Below, one piece after another: positions 1-7,323 of a stretch of 29,552 bases of DNA. The translations under genes and the position numbers were made by a program. This stretch comes from a virus. The notes below the pieces were generated by a model, which worked only from the letters and a program-made list of their open reading frames with translations, was not told where the DNA came from and ran no database searches. The first letter of the stretch is position 1. Each line of letters begins with the position of its first letter. The DNA is taken from the IMG/VR virus record IMGVR_UViG_3300008452_005759; one strand, written 5' to 3'.

Positions 1-795
1 GCTGCAACATATTCTAATTCTAATGTAGTTACTGATTTTTCTAATATCAATATACTTACTACATTAGCAGCTCCTGGTCATAACATTAACTCTGCCAAAC
101 TTCTTGGATCTTATGGATCAGCATCAGGGACATCAATGGCTTCTCCATTTATTACTGGTGCCTTTGCTCTACATAGATCAGTTTACGGAGTTAAACCTGT
201 TGACGAAGTAGTTAATATTTTTAAAGCTAATTCTCAAATCGCAAAAGATAATTATACTAATATTTCTATTCCAAGAATTCATCTTTCCAATGTCTTTACT
301 GGAACTCCTGTTCCTACCACATCAACTACTTCAACTTCTACCACATCTACTATTCCTGTTACCACTACTACTGTCCCCACTACATCAACTACAATTCGTT
401 ATAATCCTCCTATTTCTACTACAACTACTACACTTCCTAAGTATGTTTTTATTCCCAAACCACTTCTTTTAGAAGTTAATGGTCTTCCTAAGACTTATGT
501 TTGGATTAAGTACAGAGACCCATATATGAACAAGTCTTACATATCTCATTATGTTTTGACTTGCAATGGAATTAATCAATACACTATTCCTGTACAAACT
601 ATGTATTCTCTTCATTCTTATAAATTAAATGTTCCTGCTTCTTCTATTGACTACTGTTACATGCAAGCCGTTGCTACTAACGGTAGCAAAACATTTCCCA
701 CTACTGTAAAATATATTTATCCTAAGAATAGAATTTCATCAATATCATCTATTGATAAAAACAAAAAGAAGAAAAATGTTAAGTCTAACAAATAA
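1..795 (+). CDS. C-terminal part of subtilisin-like serine protease (S8), 5'-truncated by the window edge
   Basis: Frame is open from base 1 (gct gca aca ...). Encodes ...TLAAPGHNINSAKLLGSYGSASGTSMASPFITGAFAL..., the canonical subtilase Ser-active-site motif GTSMASP. Followed by a Ser/Thr/Pro-rich linker and Lys-rich tail. Confidence 0.88.
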   Translation, partial: AATYSNSNVVTDFSNINILTTLAAPGHNINSAKLLGSYGSASGTSMASPFITGAFALHRSVYGVKPVDEVVNIFKANSQIAKDNYTNISIPRIHLSNVFTGTPVPTTSTTSTSTTSTIPVTTTTVPTTSTTIRYNPPISTTTTTLPKYVFIPKPLLLEVNGLPKTYVWIKYRDPYMNKSYISHYVLTCNGINQYTIPVQTMYSLHSYKLNVPASSIDYCYMQAVATNGSKTFPTTVKYIYPKNRISSISSIDKNKKKKNVKSNK

Positions 796-1132
796 TCTAA
801 ATGAAACAGTATATTCTATATTACTTCCTGTTTTTTCCTCACCAGAGTTATTAAATAAAAACGAATCTGAATTAATATCATATACTTTTTCTGATACATC
901 TAATTTATATAATTTAAATCTTAATGATCAATATACAATGATTGTATCTTTAAATAATTTTTTTTCTTATGATTTTGCAAATCACTTTGCTACAGCTTTT
1001 TATAGATTATATACAAATAAATATAGAAAAATATTATATGGTCCTGTTTTAATTATTTCTAAAGAAGAACCACATCTTATACCTTATCTTTTACTTGAAG
1101 AAATAAACTCATTAATGAAAACTTTTAAATGA
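776..1132 (+). CDS. hypothetical protein
   Basis: ORF overlapping the end of the upstream gene and abutting the next start codon (ATG 1129); start chosen at ATG 776. Confidence 0.6.
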   Translation: MLSLTNNLNETVYSILLPVFSSPELLNKNESELISYTFSDTSNLYNLNLNDQYTMIVSLNNFFSYDFANHFATAFYRLYTNKYRKILYGPVLIISKEEPHLIPYLLLEEINSLMKTFK

Positions 1133-1290
1133 AAAAACAAACTGTTAAAATACAAAAAACAAGAAAAACCTCTGCAACATGCCATGACTGTGGAGTTGTT
1201 TCTAGGGAGGTAAATAAATCAATCAAATATAATCTCTCTCTTTGTATGACATGTTTACAAGAGAGAATAATTTCCGATCTAAAGGATTAA
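1129..1290 (+). CDS. small CxxC...CxxC zinc-ribbon-like protein (53 aa)
   Basis: Not in the supplied ORF track. Hand translation MKKQTVKIQKTRKTSATCHDCGVVSREVNKSIKYNLSLCMTCLQERIISDLKD*; 4-nt overlap with upstream stop. Confidence 0.65.
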   Translation: MKKQTVKIQKTRKTSATCHDCGVVSREVNKSIKYNLSLCMTCLQERIISDLKD

Positions 1291-1293
1291 AAT

Positions 1294-1557
1294 ATGTCAC
1301 TTTCAATTACCCTCACAGCAGAAGATACTAATAAGCTTATTGACACAGCTAATATGTTAGACTTTTTATTTTCAATTTTAGGTTCTAACGACACTCTTAG
1401 TTTTGCTGCTAATGAAAAACTATCTATTAATTATGTTCCAGAAGAGATTCAGGAACTTTCTTCTTGGTACAAGAATATCATTCATGTAATTCGTAATGCG
1501 AATTATGATGTTGATCTCTCTTCTGACCAGGATTATTTAAATTCTCTTACAGTATAA
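1294..1557 (+). CDS. hypothetical protein (87 aa)
   Basis: ATG 3 nt after upstream stop; compact gene spacing. Confidence 0.65.
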   Translation: MSLSITLTAEDTNKLIDTANMLDFLFSILGSNDTLSFAANEKLSINYVPEEIQELSSWYKNIIHVIRNANYDVDLSSDQDYLNSLTV

Positions 1558-1563
1558 CCTAAT

Positions 1564-1647
1564 GCCCGAGTGGCGGAATAGGCAGACGCAGGGGGCTTAA
1601 ACCCCCCGGATCGCAAGATCTTACCGGTTCAAGTCCGGTCTCGGGTA
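1564..1647 (+). tRNA. tRNA-Leu (TAA)
   Basis: GCCCGAG/CTCGGGT acceptor, class II variable arm, T-arm CCGGTTCAAGTCCGG, anticodon loop cTTAAac; no encoded CCA. Confidence 0.93.
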
Positions 1648-1666
1648 CTATCAGAAAGATATATTC

Positions 1667-1861
1667 ATGGATTCAGAATCTTTATCCGATAGATATGCTA
1701 GACTACAAGTGTTAGGAATGTTAGCTCCTATAGGTGAATGTGATTATTGTGATCGCATTCGAGAACAAAAAGCAAAAACATTTCCTTCTCATAAGCCCTA
1801 TGATTTTTGCCGTTCTTATAAAGGCGGAAGAAATCATTGCACGTGTGATACGTGCTTTTAG
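1667..1861 (+). CDS. small Cys-rich protein (64 aa)
   Basis: CxYCDxx...C...CTCDTC cysteine pattern; lies between tRNA-Leu and the next CDS. Confidence 0.6.
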   Translation: MDSESLSDRYARLQVLGMLAPIGECDYCDRIREQKAKTFPSHKPYDFCRSYKGGRNHCTCDTCF

Positions 1862-1876
1862 TAGAAAGAAAAAATA

Positions 1877-2356
1877 ATGTCAGAACAATTCATTCCACAT
1901 CCTCCTTCTCCCCCAGAGAAGAAAGAGACTGTAACTTTTAATAAGAAGAATCTTGCTATTGCATTTCTTGCAGTATCAATTTTTATTCTTATTCTTGCTA
2001 TTGTAATTCCATCAAGCAATAGTTCATCTCCTGTAACAACTGATGCTCCTGCTCCAGTAGTTACTAATCCTCCATATACACCTCCTGCTGAGAACAAGTA
2101 TGATCAGTATATGGATCATGTTCTTAATAATTCAGGACAGGCTAATACTTGGAGTAAAGCTGATGTCATTGAATTTGGTGACCTTGTATGCGGAGCTCTT
2201 GATAATGGAAATTCAGTTCGTCAAGTAGTTAATCTTCTTGAAGGTTATGCTAAGTCTTCTAGCGATGTTGAGTTCTTTGCTTCAGTAGCTTTTGGTGCTA
2301 TTACTTATATTTGTCCAGAATACAAGTCTGATCTTAATTCTTATTTAAATAGCTAG
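1877..2356 (+). CDS. single-TM hypothetical protein with Pro/Thr-rich linker
   Basis: Pro-rich N-term, TM segment (LAIAFLAVSIFILILAIVI), C-terminal soluble domain (NKYDQYMDHVLNNSGQANTWSKADVIEFGDLVCGALDNG...). Confidence 0.65.
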   Translation: MSEQFIPHPPSPPEKKETVTFNKKNLAIAFLAVSIFILILAIVIPSSNSSSPVTTDAPAPVVTNPPYTPPAENKYDQYMDHVLNNSGQANTWSKADVIEFGDLVCGALDNGNSVRQVVNLLEGYAKSSSDVEFFASVAFGAITYICPEYKSDLNSYLNS

Positions 2357-2358
2357 TT

Positions 2359-2445
2359 ATGATTAGTACACCTCAAGCTGTTATTCTTTTTGCTTGTGCA
2401 TTTTCTATTGGTTTATGGCTAGGAACTACCTTGGGATGTCTTTAA
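2359..2445 (+). CDS. 28-aa membrane peptide
   Basis: MISTPQAVILFACAFSIGLWLGTTLGCL*; stop directly abuts next ATG (2446). Confidence 0.4.
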   Translation: MISTPQAVILFACAFSIGLWLGTTLGCL

Positions 2446-2682
2446 ATGAAATCTAAAGTTTTAGCATTCATCAAAGGATTTGATTATGCTGTTAAGCATA
2501 ATGCTATTCTGGAAGATCATCATTTTCATACTCTGCCAGGAGCATCTTGGCATGATAGAGACACTCAAAATTTATATCGTAAGTCAATTCGATTTGGCCG
2601 TAAATACATGCAGTATAGGTATGAGATACTAGCTCTTACTGTTATTGTTTTTACAACTTTGTTATTCATGTTTACATGGTGA
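2446..2682 (+). CDS. hypothetical protein with C-terminal TM
   Basis: 78-aa ORF, hydrophobic C-terminus. Confidence 0.6.
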   Translation: MKSKVLAFIKGFDYAVKHNAILEDHHFHTLPGASWHDRDTQNLYRKSIRFGRKYMQYRYEILALTVIVFTTLLFMFTW

Positions 2683-2689
2683 CAAGCTT

Positions 2690-2762
2690 TCCCAGATAGC
2701 TCAGTTGGCAGAGCTACGGACTGTTAATCCGTTGGTCGTAGGTTCGAGCCCTACTCTGGGAG
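2690..2762 (+). tRNA. tRNA-Asn (GTT)
   Basis: TCCCAGA/TCTGGGA acceptor, D-arm GCTCAGTTGGCAGAGC, anticodon loop ctGTTaa, T-arm GTAGGTTCGAGCCCTAC. Confidence 0.96.
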
Positions 2763-2764
2763 CT

Positions 2765-3022
2765 ATGAAAAATATTCAACCTGATCAAAACGATTATTGT
2801 GTTGACTGCAAAGTTGACACTCTCCTTATAGGAGAATACTACATGGTACACCACTCTGTTTGGGAAGATACTGGCCTTGGCCTTTATGATGGAATGCTTT
2901 GCATTTCTTGTCTTGAAAAAAGAATAAGCAGGCAGCTTACATCAGAAGATTTTTCTAATTTTCCAATTAACACAGATCCTTTGTTTAGATCTGATCTGCT
3001 TATTTCAAGGATGACAAAATGA
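2765..3022 (+). CDS. small CxxC/CxxC zinc-binding hypothetical protein
   Basis: ATG located 2 nt after the tRNA-Asn discriminator. MKNIQPDQNDYCVDCKVDTL...MLCISCLEKR... The ORF-track start at 2645 crosses the tRNA and is unlikely. Confidence 0.7.
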   Translation: MKNIQPDQNDYCVDCKVDTLLIGEYYMVHHSVWEDTGLGLYDGMLCISCLEKRISRQLTSEDFSNFPINTDPLFRSDLLISRMTK

Positions 3023-3231
3023 ATACTTCTGAAATTATTAAAGAATCATTTTATCTTTTAGGAAAAAGAGTTCAGCTCATTTATACAAACGACGAATACA
3101 CAAACCTTAGGTCTGGTGATCTTGGTACAATAAACTTTATTGATGATTCTGGAACCGTATTTGTAAATTGGGATAATGGATCTAAACTTGGCCTTATTCC
3201 AGGTATTGATAAATGGAAAATTGTTTATTAA
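3019..3231 (+). CDS. DUF4314-like protein
   Basis: LGKRVQLIYTNDEYTNLRSGDLGTINFIDDSGTVFVNWDNGSKLGLIPGIDKW pattern resembles DUF4314. Confidence 0.7.
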   Translation: MNTSEIIKESFYLLGKRVQLIYTNDEYTNLRSGDLGTINFIDDSGTVFVNWDNGSKLGLIPGIDKWKIVY

Positions 3232-3311
3232 TGAAATCAATATTTCTTAATCTCATCATAGCTGCTGTAGTAGTTTATTCTTTTGATTTTATAAAAAGAA
3301 AGTATTTTTAA
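3231..3311 (+). CDS. 26-aa membrane peptide
   Basis: MKSIFLNLIIAAVVVYSFDFIKRKYF*; start overlaps upstream stop by 1 nt (TAATG). Confidence 0.4.
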   Translation: MKSIFLNLIIAAVVVYSFDFIKRKYF

Positions 3312-3312
3312 T

Positions 3313-3552
3313 ATGTATATGAAATTACATTCTAAACCAAAACTTGATGTTATTGCCCACACACTTACTCGTTGTGGTATAACTTTATGGCATGGCATTC
3401 CAGAGCAAATTGTTAAAGATCTTCATACCGCTGGTTATAAAATTAAAAAGCGTAAAAACTTTAAGGATATTGCTCAACAAGTTGATCCACGTAGAATTGT
3501 TCCTGGAAAACTTAAATCTCAACACGAATCTGAAAGCGACATATATCTTTAA
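3313..3552 (+). CDS. hypothetical protein
   Basis: 79-aa ORF in tight gene array. Confidence 0.6.
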   Translation: MYMKLHSKPKLDVIAHTLTRCGITLWHGIPEQIVKDLHTAGYKIKKRKNFKDIAQQVDPRRIVPGKLKSQHESESDIYL

Positions 3553-3692
3553 TGCTTGTTTATGTAATTACTGCAATTGGTGCTCTATGGGGTATTCTTA
3601 CTCTTATTGGAATTCGAGAAGATGATAAGTATATTAAAGAACTTGTTCAATCTGCTCGCAATGCAACAAGAGAATCTCACGGATCAGAATAA
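3552..3692 (+). CDS. 46-aa single-TM protein
   Basis: MLVYVITAIGALWGILTLIGIREDDKYIKELVQSARNATRESHGSE*; TAATG-coupled at both ends. Confidence 0.5.
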   Translation: MLVYVITAIGALWGILTLIGIREDDKYIKELVQSARNATRESHGSE

Positions 3693-3784
3693 TGTCTGAT
3701 TTTGATGCTCTTATTTGTTCCTTTGTTACAATATTCTTTATAGGTTTTGCTTTCTATAAACTTGAAAAAAAGTTTAAAGATTAA
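3692..3784 (+). CDS. 30-aa single-TM peptide
   Basis: MSDFDALICSFVTIFFIGFAFYKLEKKFKD*; TAATG overlap. Confidence 0.45.
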   Translation: MSDFDALICSFVTIFFIGFAFYKLEKKFKD

Positions 3785-3790
3785 CCAATC

Positions 3791-3863
3791 GGGTCTTTAG
3801 CTCAGTTGGTAGAGCAGTGGACTTTTAATCCATTGGTCGTGGGTTCGAGCCCCACAGGACCCA
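3791..3863 (+). tRNA. tRNA-Lys (TTT)
   Basis: GGGTCTT/AGGACCC acceptor, GCTCAGTTGGTAGAGC, anticodon loop ctTTTaa, T-arm GTGGGTTCGAGCCCCAC. Confidence 0.96.
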
Positions 3864-3865
3864 CT

Positions 3866-4135
3866 ATGAATAATGAATTAAATTTAGACAACAACCTTAT
3901 GATTGGCGATACAGTAGGAACTCCATCTCGAACTGTTATCTCTTGTACTAAGAAATACGATAGAGTTCCTGGAGACACTTACGCTACTTGGACTGCTATA
4001 TGTGTGGATGAAACACAAAGACACCCTTATGTAGTGTGGACTATAGTTGCTAGACCAGAAGGATTTTCGGCTTATAATGGAACTTACTGCACTACACTTA
4101 TGGATGCTGTCCATCACTATAATAAAAGAAAGTAA
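3866..4135 (+). CDS. hypothetical protein (89 aa)
   Basis: ATG 2 nt after tRNA-Lys discriminator; ORF-track start 3806 crosses the tRNA. Confidence 0.65.
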   Translation: MNNELNLDNNLMIGDTVGTPSRTVISCTKKYDRVPGDTYATWTAICVDETQRHPYVVWTIVARPEGFSAYNGTYCTTLMDAVHHYNKRK

Positions 4136-4140
4136 TACTT

Positions 4141-4341
4141 ATGAAAGTTAAACTTATTGTTGAGATAGATGCTGATATTCCTGGTGAATTCCAAGATGAC
4201 AAATTAGCTACAACTCTTTTAGATCAAGAGATTAGAGATCTTCTTTCTGTAGATGTTTTCTACGATAAATACGATCAACCATCAGTAATGTTTGATGCTA
4301 TGAAAATTGTTGAATATATTCCAGGAGCAGGTAAACTATAA
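4141..4341 (+). CDS. hypothetical protein (66 aa)
   Basis: ORF in tight array, TAATG junction with the next gene. Confidence 0.6.
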   Translation: MKVKLIVEIDADIPGEFQDDKLATTLLDQEIRDLLSVDVFYDKYDQPSVMFDAMKIVEYIPGAGKL

Positions 4342-4475
4342 TGACACCTACCGAATTAGAAGAGCGGTCTCTGCCTTCTTCTACTGAATCAGACACAGAA
4401 GCGGAAACTCCAAAATACCGTATTACTTTTGGTACTTTTACAATTCTTGCACCTAATCCAAACCAAGGAGATTAA
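4341..4475 (+). CDS. hypothetical protein (44 aa)
   Basis: MTPTELEERSLPSSTESDTEAETPKYRITFGTFTILAPNPNQGD*; coupled starts and stops. Confidence 0.5.
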   Translation: MTPTELEERSLPSSTESDTEAETPKYRITFGTFTILAPNPNQGD

Positions 4476-4476
4476 A

Positions 4477-4977
4477 ATGTCTACTCCTATGCCAGACTAT
4501 GGTTTAACCTTTAATTCTTCATCTACTACTGCTTTACAGGTTGATACAAAATCTGCCGATAAGATTGCAGAACGTTTTTTAAAGCAGCAAATTTCAGATC
4601 CCAATTACAAACATGAGTTGAATGCAGCTCAGATTTGGGCTCTTAAAAAAGATGGTTCTTTTCATTTAGTAGCTGTTCATCCAGACGTTTATGAACTATT
4701 AAATGATCAATATAATTTTTCTACTTATGTTGGAGTTTTAGTTCACACTACTGGATGGGCTGCTCCGTTAGATGAAAATGGAGAAGTTTCAACTGCTCCT
4801 AGTAAGCACGAAATGCGTCGCAGAGTTGCTCTCGCTTCTTGTGTTACAAATGATTCTGTTGGATCTGCTTTGTCTTTTGCAGATGAGAAAGACATTGTTC
4901 TTGATCCCGGTTCTGCTACTGGATCTCTAGCTGATGCTCTCTTGTCATTCTGGGAAAACAATTCTATAGGTCTCTAA
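4477..4977 (+). CDS. hypothetical protein (166 aa)
   Basis: Start at ATG 4477 behind GGAG (ccaaggagattaaaatg). Confidence 0.7.
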   Translation: MSTPMPDYGLTFNSSSTTALQVDTKSADKIAERFLKQQISDPNYKHELNAAQIWALKKDGSFHLVAVHPDVYELLNDQYNFSTYVGVLVHTTGWAAPLDENGEVSTAPSKHEMRRRVALASCVTNDSVGSALSFADEKDIVLDPGSATGSLADALLSFWENNSIGL

Positions 4978-4978
4978 T

Positions 4979-5173
4979 ATGTCTATTCCTGATTTTGATG
5001 ATCTTGATGAACGAACTCAAGAACAATATATTTTACAGTCTTTTGAATTGCTTGACGCAGACAACAGAGTTCCTTATGAGATAGCTACCGGTGATGAAGC
5101 AACTATCTATGAATATGATCCTATCATTGATCTAGCAAGATCAATCTATGAAGATTCTTTCGAAGATGATTAA
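4979..5173 (+). CDS. acidic hypothetical protein (64 aa)
   Basis: ORF directly after the upstream stop. Confidence 0.6.
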   Translation: MSIPDFDDLDERTQEQYILQSFELLDADNRVPYEIATGDEATIYEYDPIIDLARSIYEDSFEDD

Positions 5174-5213
5174 TCTAAGACTGAGAGATTAGTATCATTT
5201 AAGAATGGGAGTT

Positions 5214-5275
5214 AACAGTCCCCATAAGTCCGTTTACCAATTTATCTGCCCCCAGACCAGATAAGGACAACTGTT
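5214..5275 (+). ncRNA. candidate structured RNA element upstream of tRNA-Met
   Basis: Nested perfect arms AACAGT(5214)/ACTGTT(5270), GTCC(5228)/GGAC(5265), TTATCTG(5242)/CAGATAA(5258); non-coding gap 5174-5278. Confidence 0.4.
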
Positions 5276-5278
5276 TAC

Positions 5279-5352
5279 GGGCCTATAGCTCAGTTGGTTA
5301 GAGCATCGGACTCATAATCCGCCGGTCGCAGGTTCAAGTCCTGCTGGGCCCA
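5279..5352 (+). tRNA. tRNA with CAT anticodon (Met, or Ile-CAT)
   Basis: GGGCCTA/TGGGCCC acceptor, GCTCAGTTGGTTAGAGC, anticodon loop ctCATaa, T-arm GCAGGTTCAAGTCCTGC. Confidence 0.93.
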
Positions 5353-5354
5353 CT

Positions 5355-5531
5355 ATGAAATTCTATGATATATTTTATTTACTATATATAGCTATAACTC
5401 AATCTTTATTTGTTAAAGTATTTTTTTTAATAATTATATATGTTATTCAATATTTAAATACTCTTCCTAAAAAGAATTGGTATGGTTATGACGATGATCA
5501 AAAGGATTTTAAATGCCAAGATATAATTTAA
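5355..5531 (+). CDS. 58-aa hydrophobic peptide
   Basis: ATG 2 nt after the tRNA discriminator; hydrophobic ILYLLYIAITQ... hand translation; absent from ORF track. Confidence 0.5.
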   Translation: MKFYDIFYLLYIAITQSLFVKVFFLIIIYVIQYLNTLPKKNWYGYDDDQKDFKCQDII

Positions 5532-5701
5532 ACAATGAAGATGTAGACATTATATTGGATGCTCTTCAAAATTATATTTTAAATACTAACTTTGAACACC
5601 GTCCCAATCAAATAATTTCTTTGAAAAAAAGATTACTTGCAAAAATTGAAGACAACAATATTGATGATGATGTTTGGGCTGTCTTTCAAGGAGATGAATA
5701 A
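5513..5701 (+). CDS. hypothetical protein (62 aa)
   Basis: ORF; TAATG junction with downstream gene. Confidence 0.55.
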   Translation: MPRYNLNNEDVDIILDALQNYILNTNFEHRPNQIISLKKRLLAKIEDNNIDDDVWAVFQGDE

Positions 5702-5952
5702 TGCCTTATATTAAACCAGAAGATCGTTTACACATTCTTGCTGACGAAAAACAAATCAGCACTGCTGGAGAATTAAATTATTTTATTTCCACTTTGATTA
5801 ATTGGTACCTTAATGAAAAAGGTAAGAGTTATTCTACCATCAATGAAGTTATTGGCGTACTAGAATGCGCTAAACTTGAACTTTATCGCAGAGTAGCTGC
5901 ACCATATGAAGACATCAAAATTGAAGAAAATGGAGATGTTTACACTATATGA
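5701..5952 (+). CDS. hypothetical protein (83 aa)
   Basis: ORF; coupled to the next gene (ATGA-type overlap). Confidence 0.6.
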   Translation: MPYIKPEDRLHILADEKQISTAGELNYFISTLINWYLNEKGKSYSTINEVIGVLECAKLELYRRVAAPYEDIKIEENGDVYTI

Positions 5953-6173
5953 CCGCACCAGGCGTAAGAACTCATCGCAGTGTTGTAGACATTGTGGCTC
6001 AACGTGGATATGATAAAGTTCATAGCCTTGAAAAACGTCGCCAGCTTCTTGAGCAAAATAAAAACAGAGTTTGTGCTTTAGATTCTTGTAGCACTAAACT
6101 CTCTATGTACAATGATACAAACTTTTGTGCAATACATCAAAGAGGAAATATCCCTCTTCCTAAACATCTTTAA
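5949..6173 (+). CDS. small Cys/His-containing protein (74 aa)
   Basis: ...NRVCALDSCSTKLSMYNDTNFCAIHQRG... resembles a small zinc finger. Confidence 0.55.
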   Translation: MTAPGVRTHRSVVDIVAQRGYDKVHSLEKRRQLLEQNKNRVCALDSCSTKLSMYNDTNFCAIHQRGNIPLPKHL

Positions 6174-6176
6174 GGT

Positions 6177-6461
6177 TTAACCAGTAGCGTGTACGTAATC
6201 TTATATTTTGATTTCGGAACGGATACCAATAACTACACCAAGCACGTGGGCCTATATTCCCCGTAGTTACTACTGGTTAATTAGTTTGGTGGCACTGGCG
6301 CTTTGGGACATGTAGCGACAGTGTCACCATTTAATTTGGTAGCAGCTAGCAAGATTAGATACAATTACTACGTGGTCAAACACAGAAATAAGTCGGATCG
6401 AATCGCTAACGGAAAAGCAATGATGCTAGTGATCACATATTTGTCAGCATTGCCTGCTACC
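6177..6461 (+). ncRNA. candidate multi-helix structured RNA (unidentified)
   Basis: No convincing CDS. 11-bp perfect stem 6177-6187/6270-6280, 7-bp stem 6230-6236/6263-6269 abutting it, 15-bp hairpin (1 mismatch, 1 G.T) 6288-6302/6314-6328, and 8-bp stem GGTAGCAG 6338-6345/CTGCTACC 6454-6461 enclosing CTAGCA 6346-6351/TGCTAG 6424-6429. Confidence 0.55.
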
Positions 6462-6478
6462 AACTCTTCTGCTATAAT
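6450..6478 (+). promoter_or_regulatory. sigma70-type promoter upstream of tRNA-Ile
   Basis: TTGCCT - 17 nt - TATAAT. Confidence 0.5.
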
Positions 6479-6538
6479 AAGGATATTATGATCTTAGATT
6501 TTCGAATATGCTCCCACTCTACTTATCCCGTATTTCAC

Positions 6539-6611
6539 GGGCTAGTAGCTCAGTGGTAAGAGCGCCATTCTTATAAAATGGTGGTCGCGGGTTCAATTCC
6601 CGCCTAGCCCA
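6539..6611 (+). tRNA. tRNA-Ile (TAT)
   Basis: GGGCTAG/CTAGCCC acceptor; anticodon stem CCATT/AATGG with loop CTTATAA, so anticodon TAT; T-arm GCGGGTTCAATTCCCGC. Confidence 0.85.
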
Positions 6612-6647
6612 CTTAATCCAAAATAAAAACTATAGACTGGATACAAT

Positions 6648-7295
6648 ATGAACTATGACGCTTTGTCTAATAATGATGATGATCTTTTTTCTGATAATTC
6701 CTCAGATAACACGAATCAAACATTTACTTCAGATTCTGGCATTGATAATTTATTAAACTCTTTAGATATAAATCTTGAAGAAGTTGACTCAATGCTTTTT
6801 CGGGCAAGAATCGTAACAACTCTTATTGACACTGCTAATAAGTTTGTTTATGAAACCAATTCATACAATAGGACTATATTTAATACTCTTAATTCTTTAA
6901 CTGACGGACAGTTTCAGTATACTCTTTATGCTGAAACTCTCGAAGAAGGAATCTATCGTAGACTTCTTATTTTAGATTTTCTAAAGTCTTGTACTGATCA
7001 GATGGACGAAAAGATCTTAGCTCTTATATCTAAGGCCACAAGTTCCAATCTTGATTCTCGGTTTATCAATACATATATTGTATCTATGAAGAATATACTT
7101 GAATATTCTATTGACTACAATATTTCCATTTACAATAAAATTTGTGAACAAATAAATAGAAGTCCTATTTCTTTTGATATTGATAACAACTTTGATTTAA
7201 TGCATACATACATAAATCCTACTAGTTATATTAATAGTGTATTTACTAATATTAAGAAATCTTTAGGATTTGGAATCAAACTTGAGTCAGACTAA
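6648..7295 (+). CDS. hypothetical, helical acidic protein (215 aa)
   Basis: Long ORF. Confidence 0.7.
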   Translation: MNYDALSNNDDDLFSDNSSDNTNQTFTSDSGIDNLLNSLDINLEEVDSMLFRARIVTTLIDTANKFVYETNSYNRTIFNTLNSLTDGQFQYTLYAETLEEGIYRRLLILDFLKSCTDQMDEKILALISKATSSNLDSRFINTYIVSMKNILEYSIDYNISIYNKICEQINRSPISFDIDNNFDLMHTYINPTSYINSVFTNIKKSLGFGIKLESD

Positions 7296-7323
7296 AAAAC
7301 AAATTCATCAAGCCAAAGTAAAC

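Noticed and set aside
316-430. Act/act-type repeats that resemble a short tandem repeat array
   Set aside because: Degenerate codons for a Thr/Ser/Pro linker, not a true repeat or CRISPR. No CRISPR array was found anywhere in the window.
290-472. 60-aa ORF MSLLELLFLPHQLLQ...
   Set aside because: Out-of-frame shadow of the Thr/Ser-rich linker in the subtilase CDS; low complexity.
2645-2764. N-terminal extension of ORF 2645-3022 across tRNA-Asn
   Set aside because: It reads through a complete tRNA; the ATG at 2765 after the tRNA is more plausible. The same applies to ORF 3806-4135 across tRNA-Lys.
6303-6491. 62-aa ORF within the structured region
   Set aside because: Overlaps strong base-paired elements and a promoter, has no SD, and its composition is unlike the neighbouring proteins.
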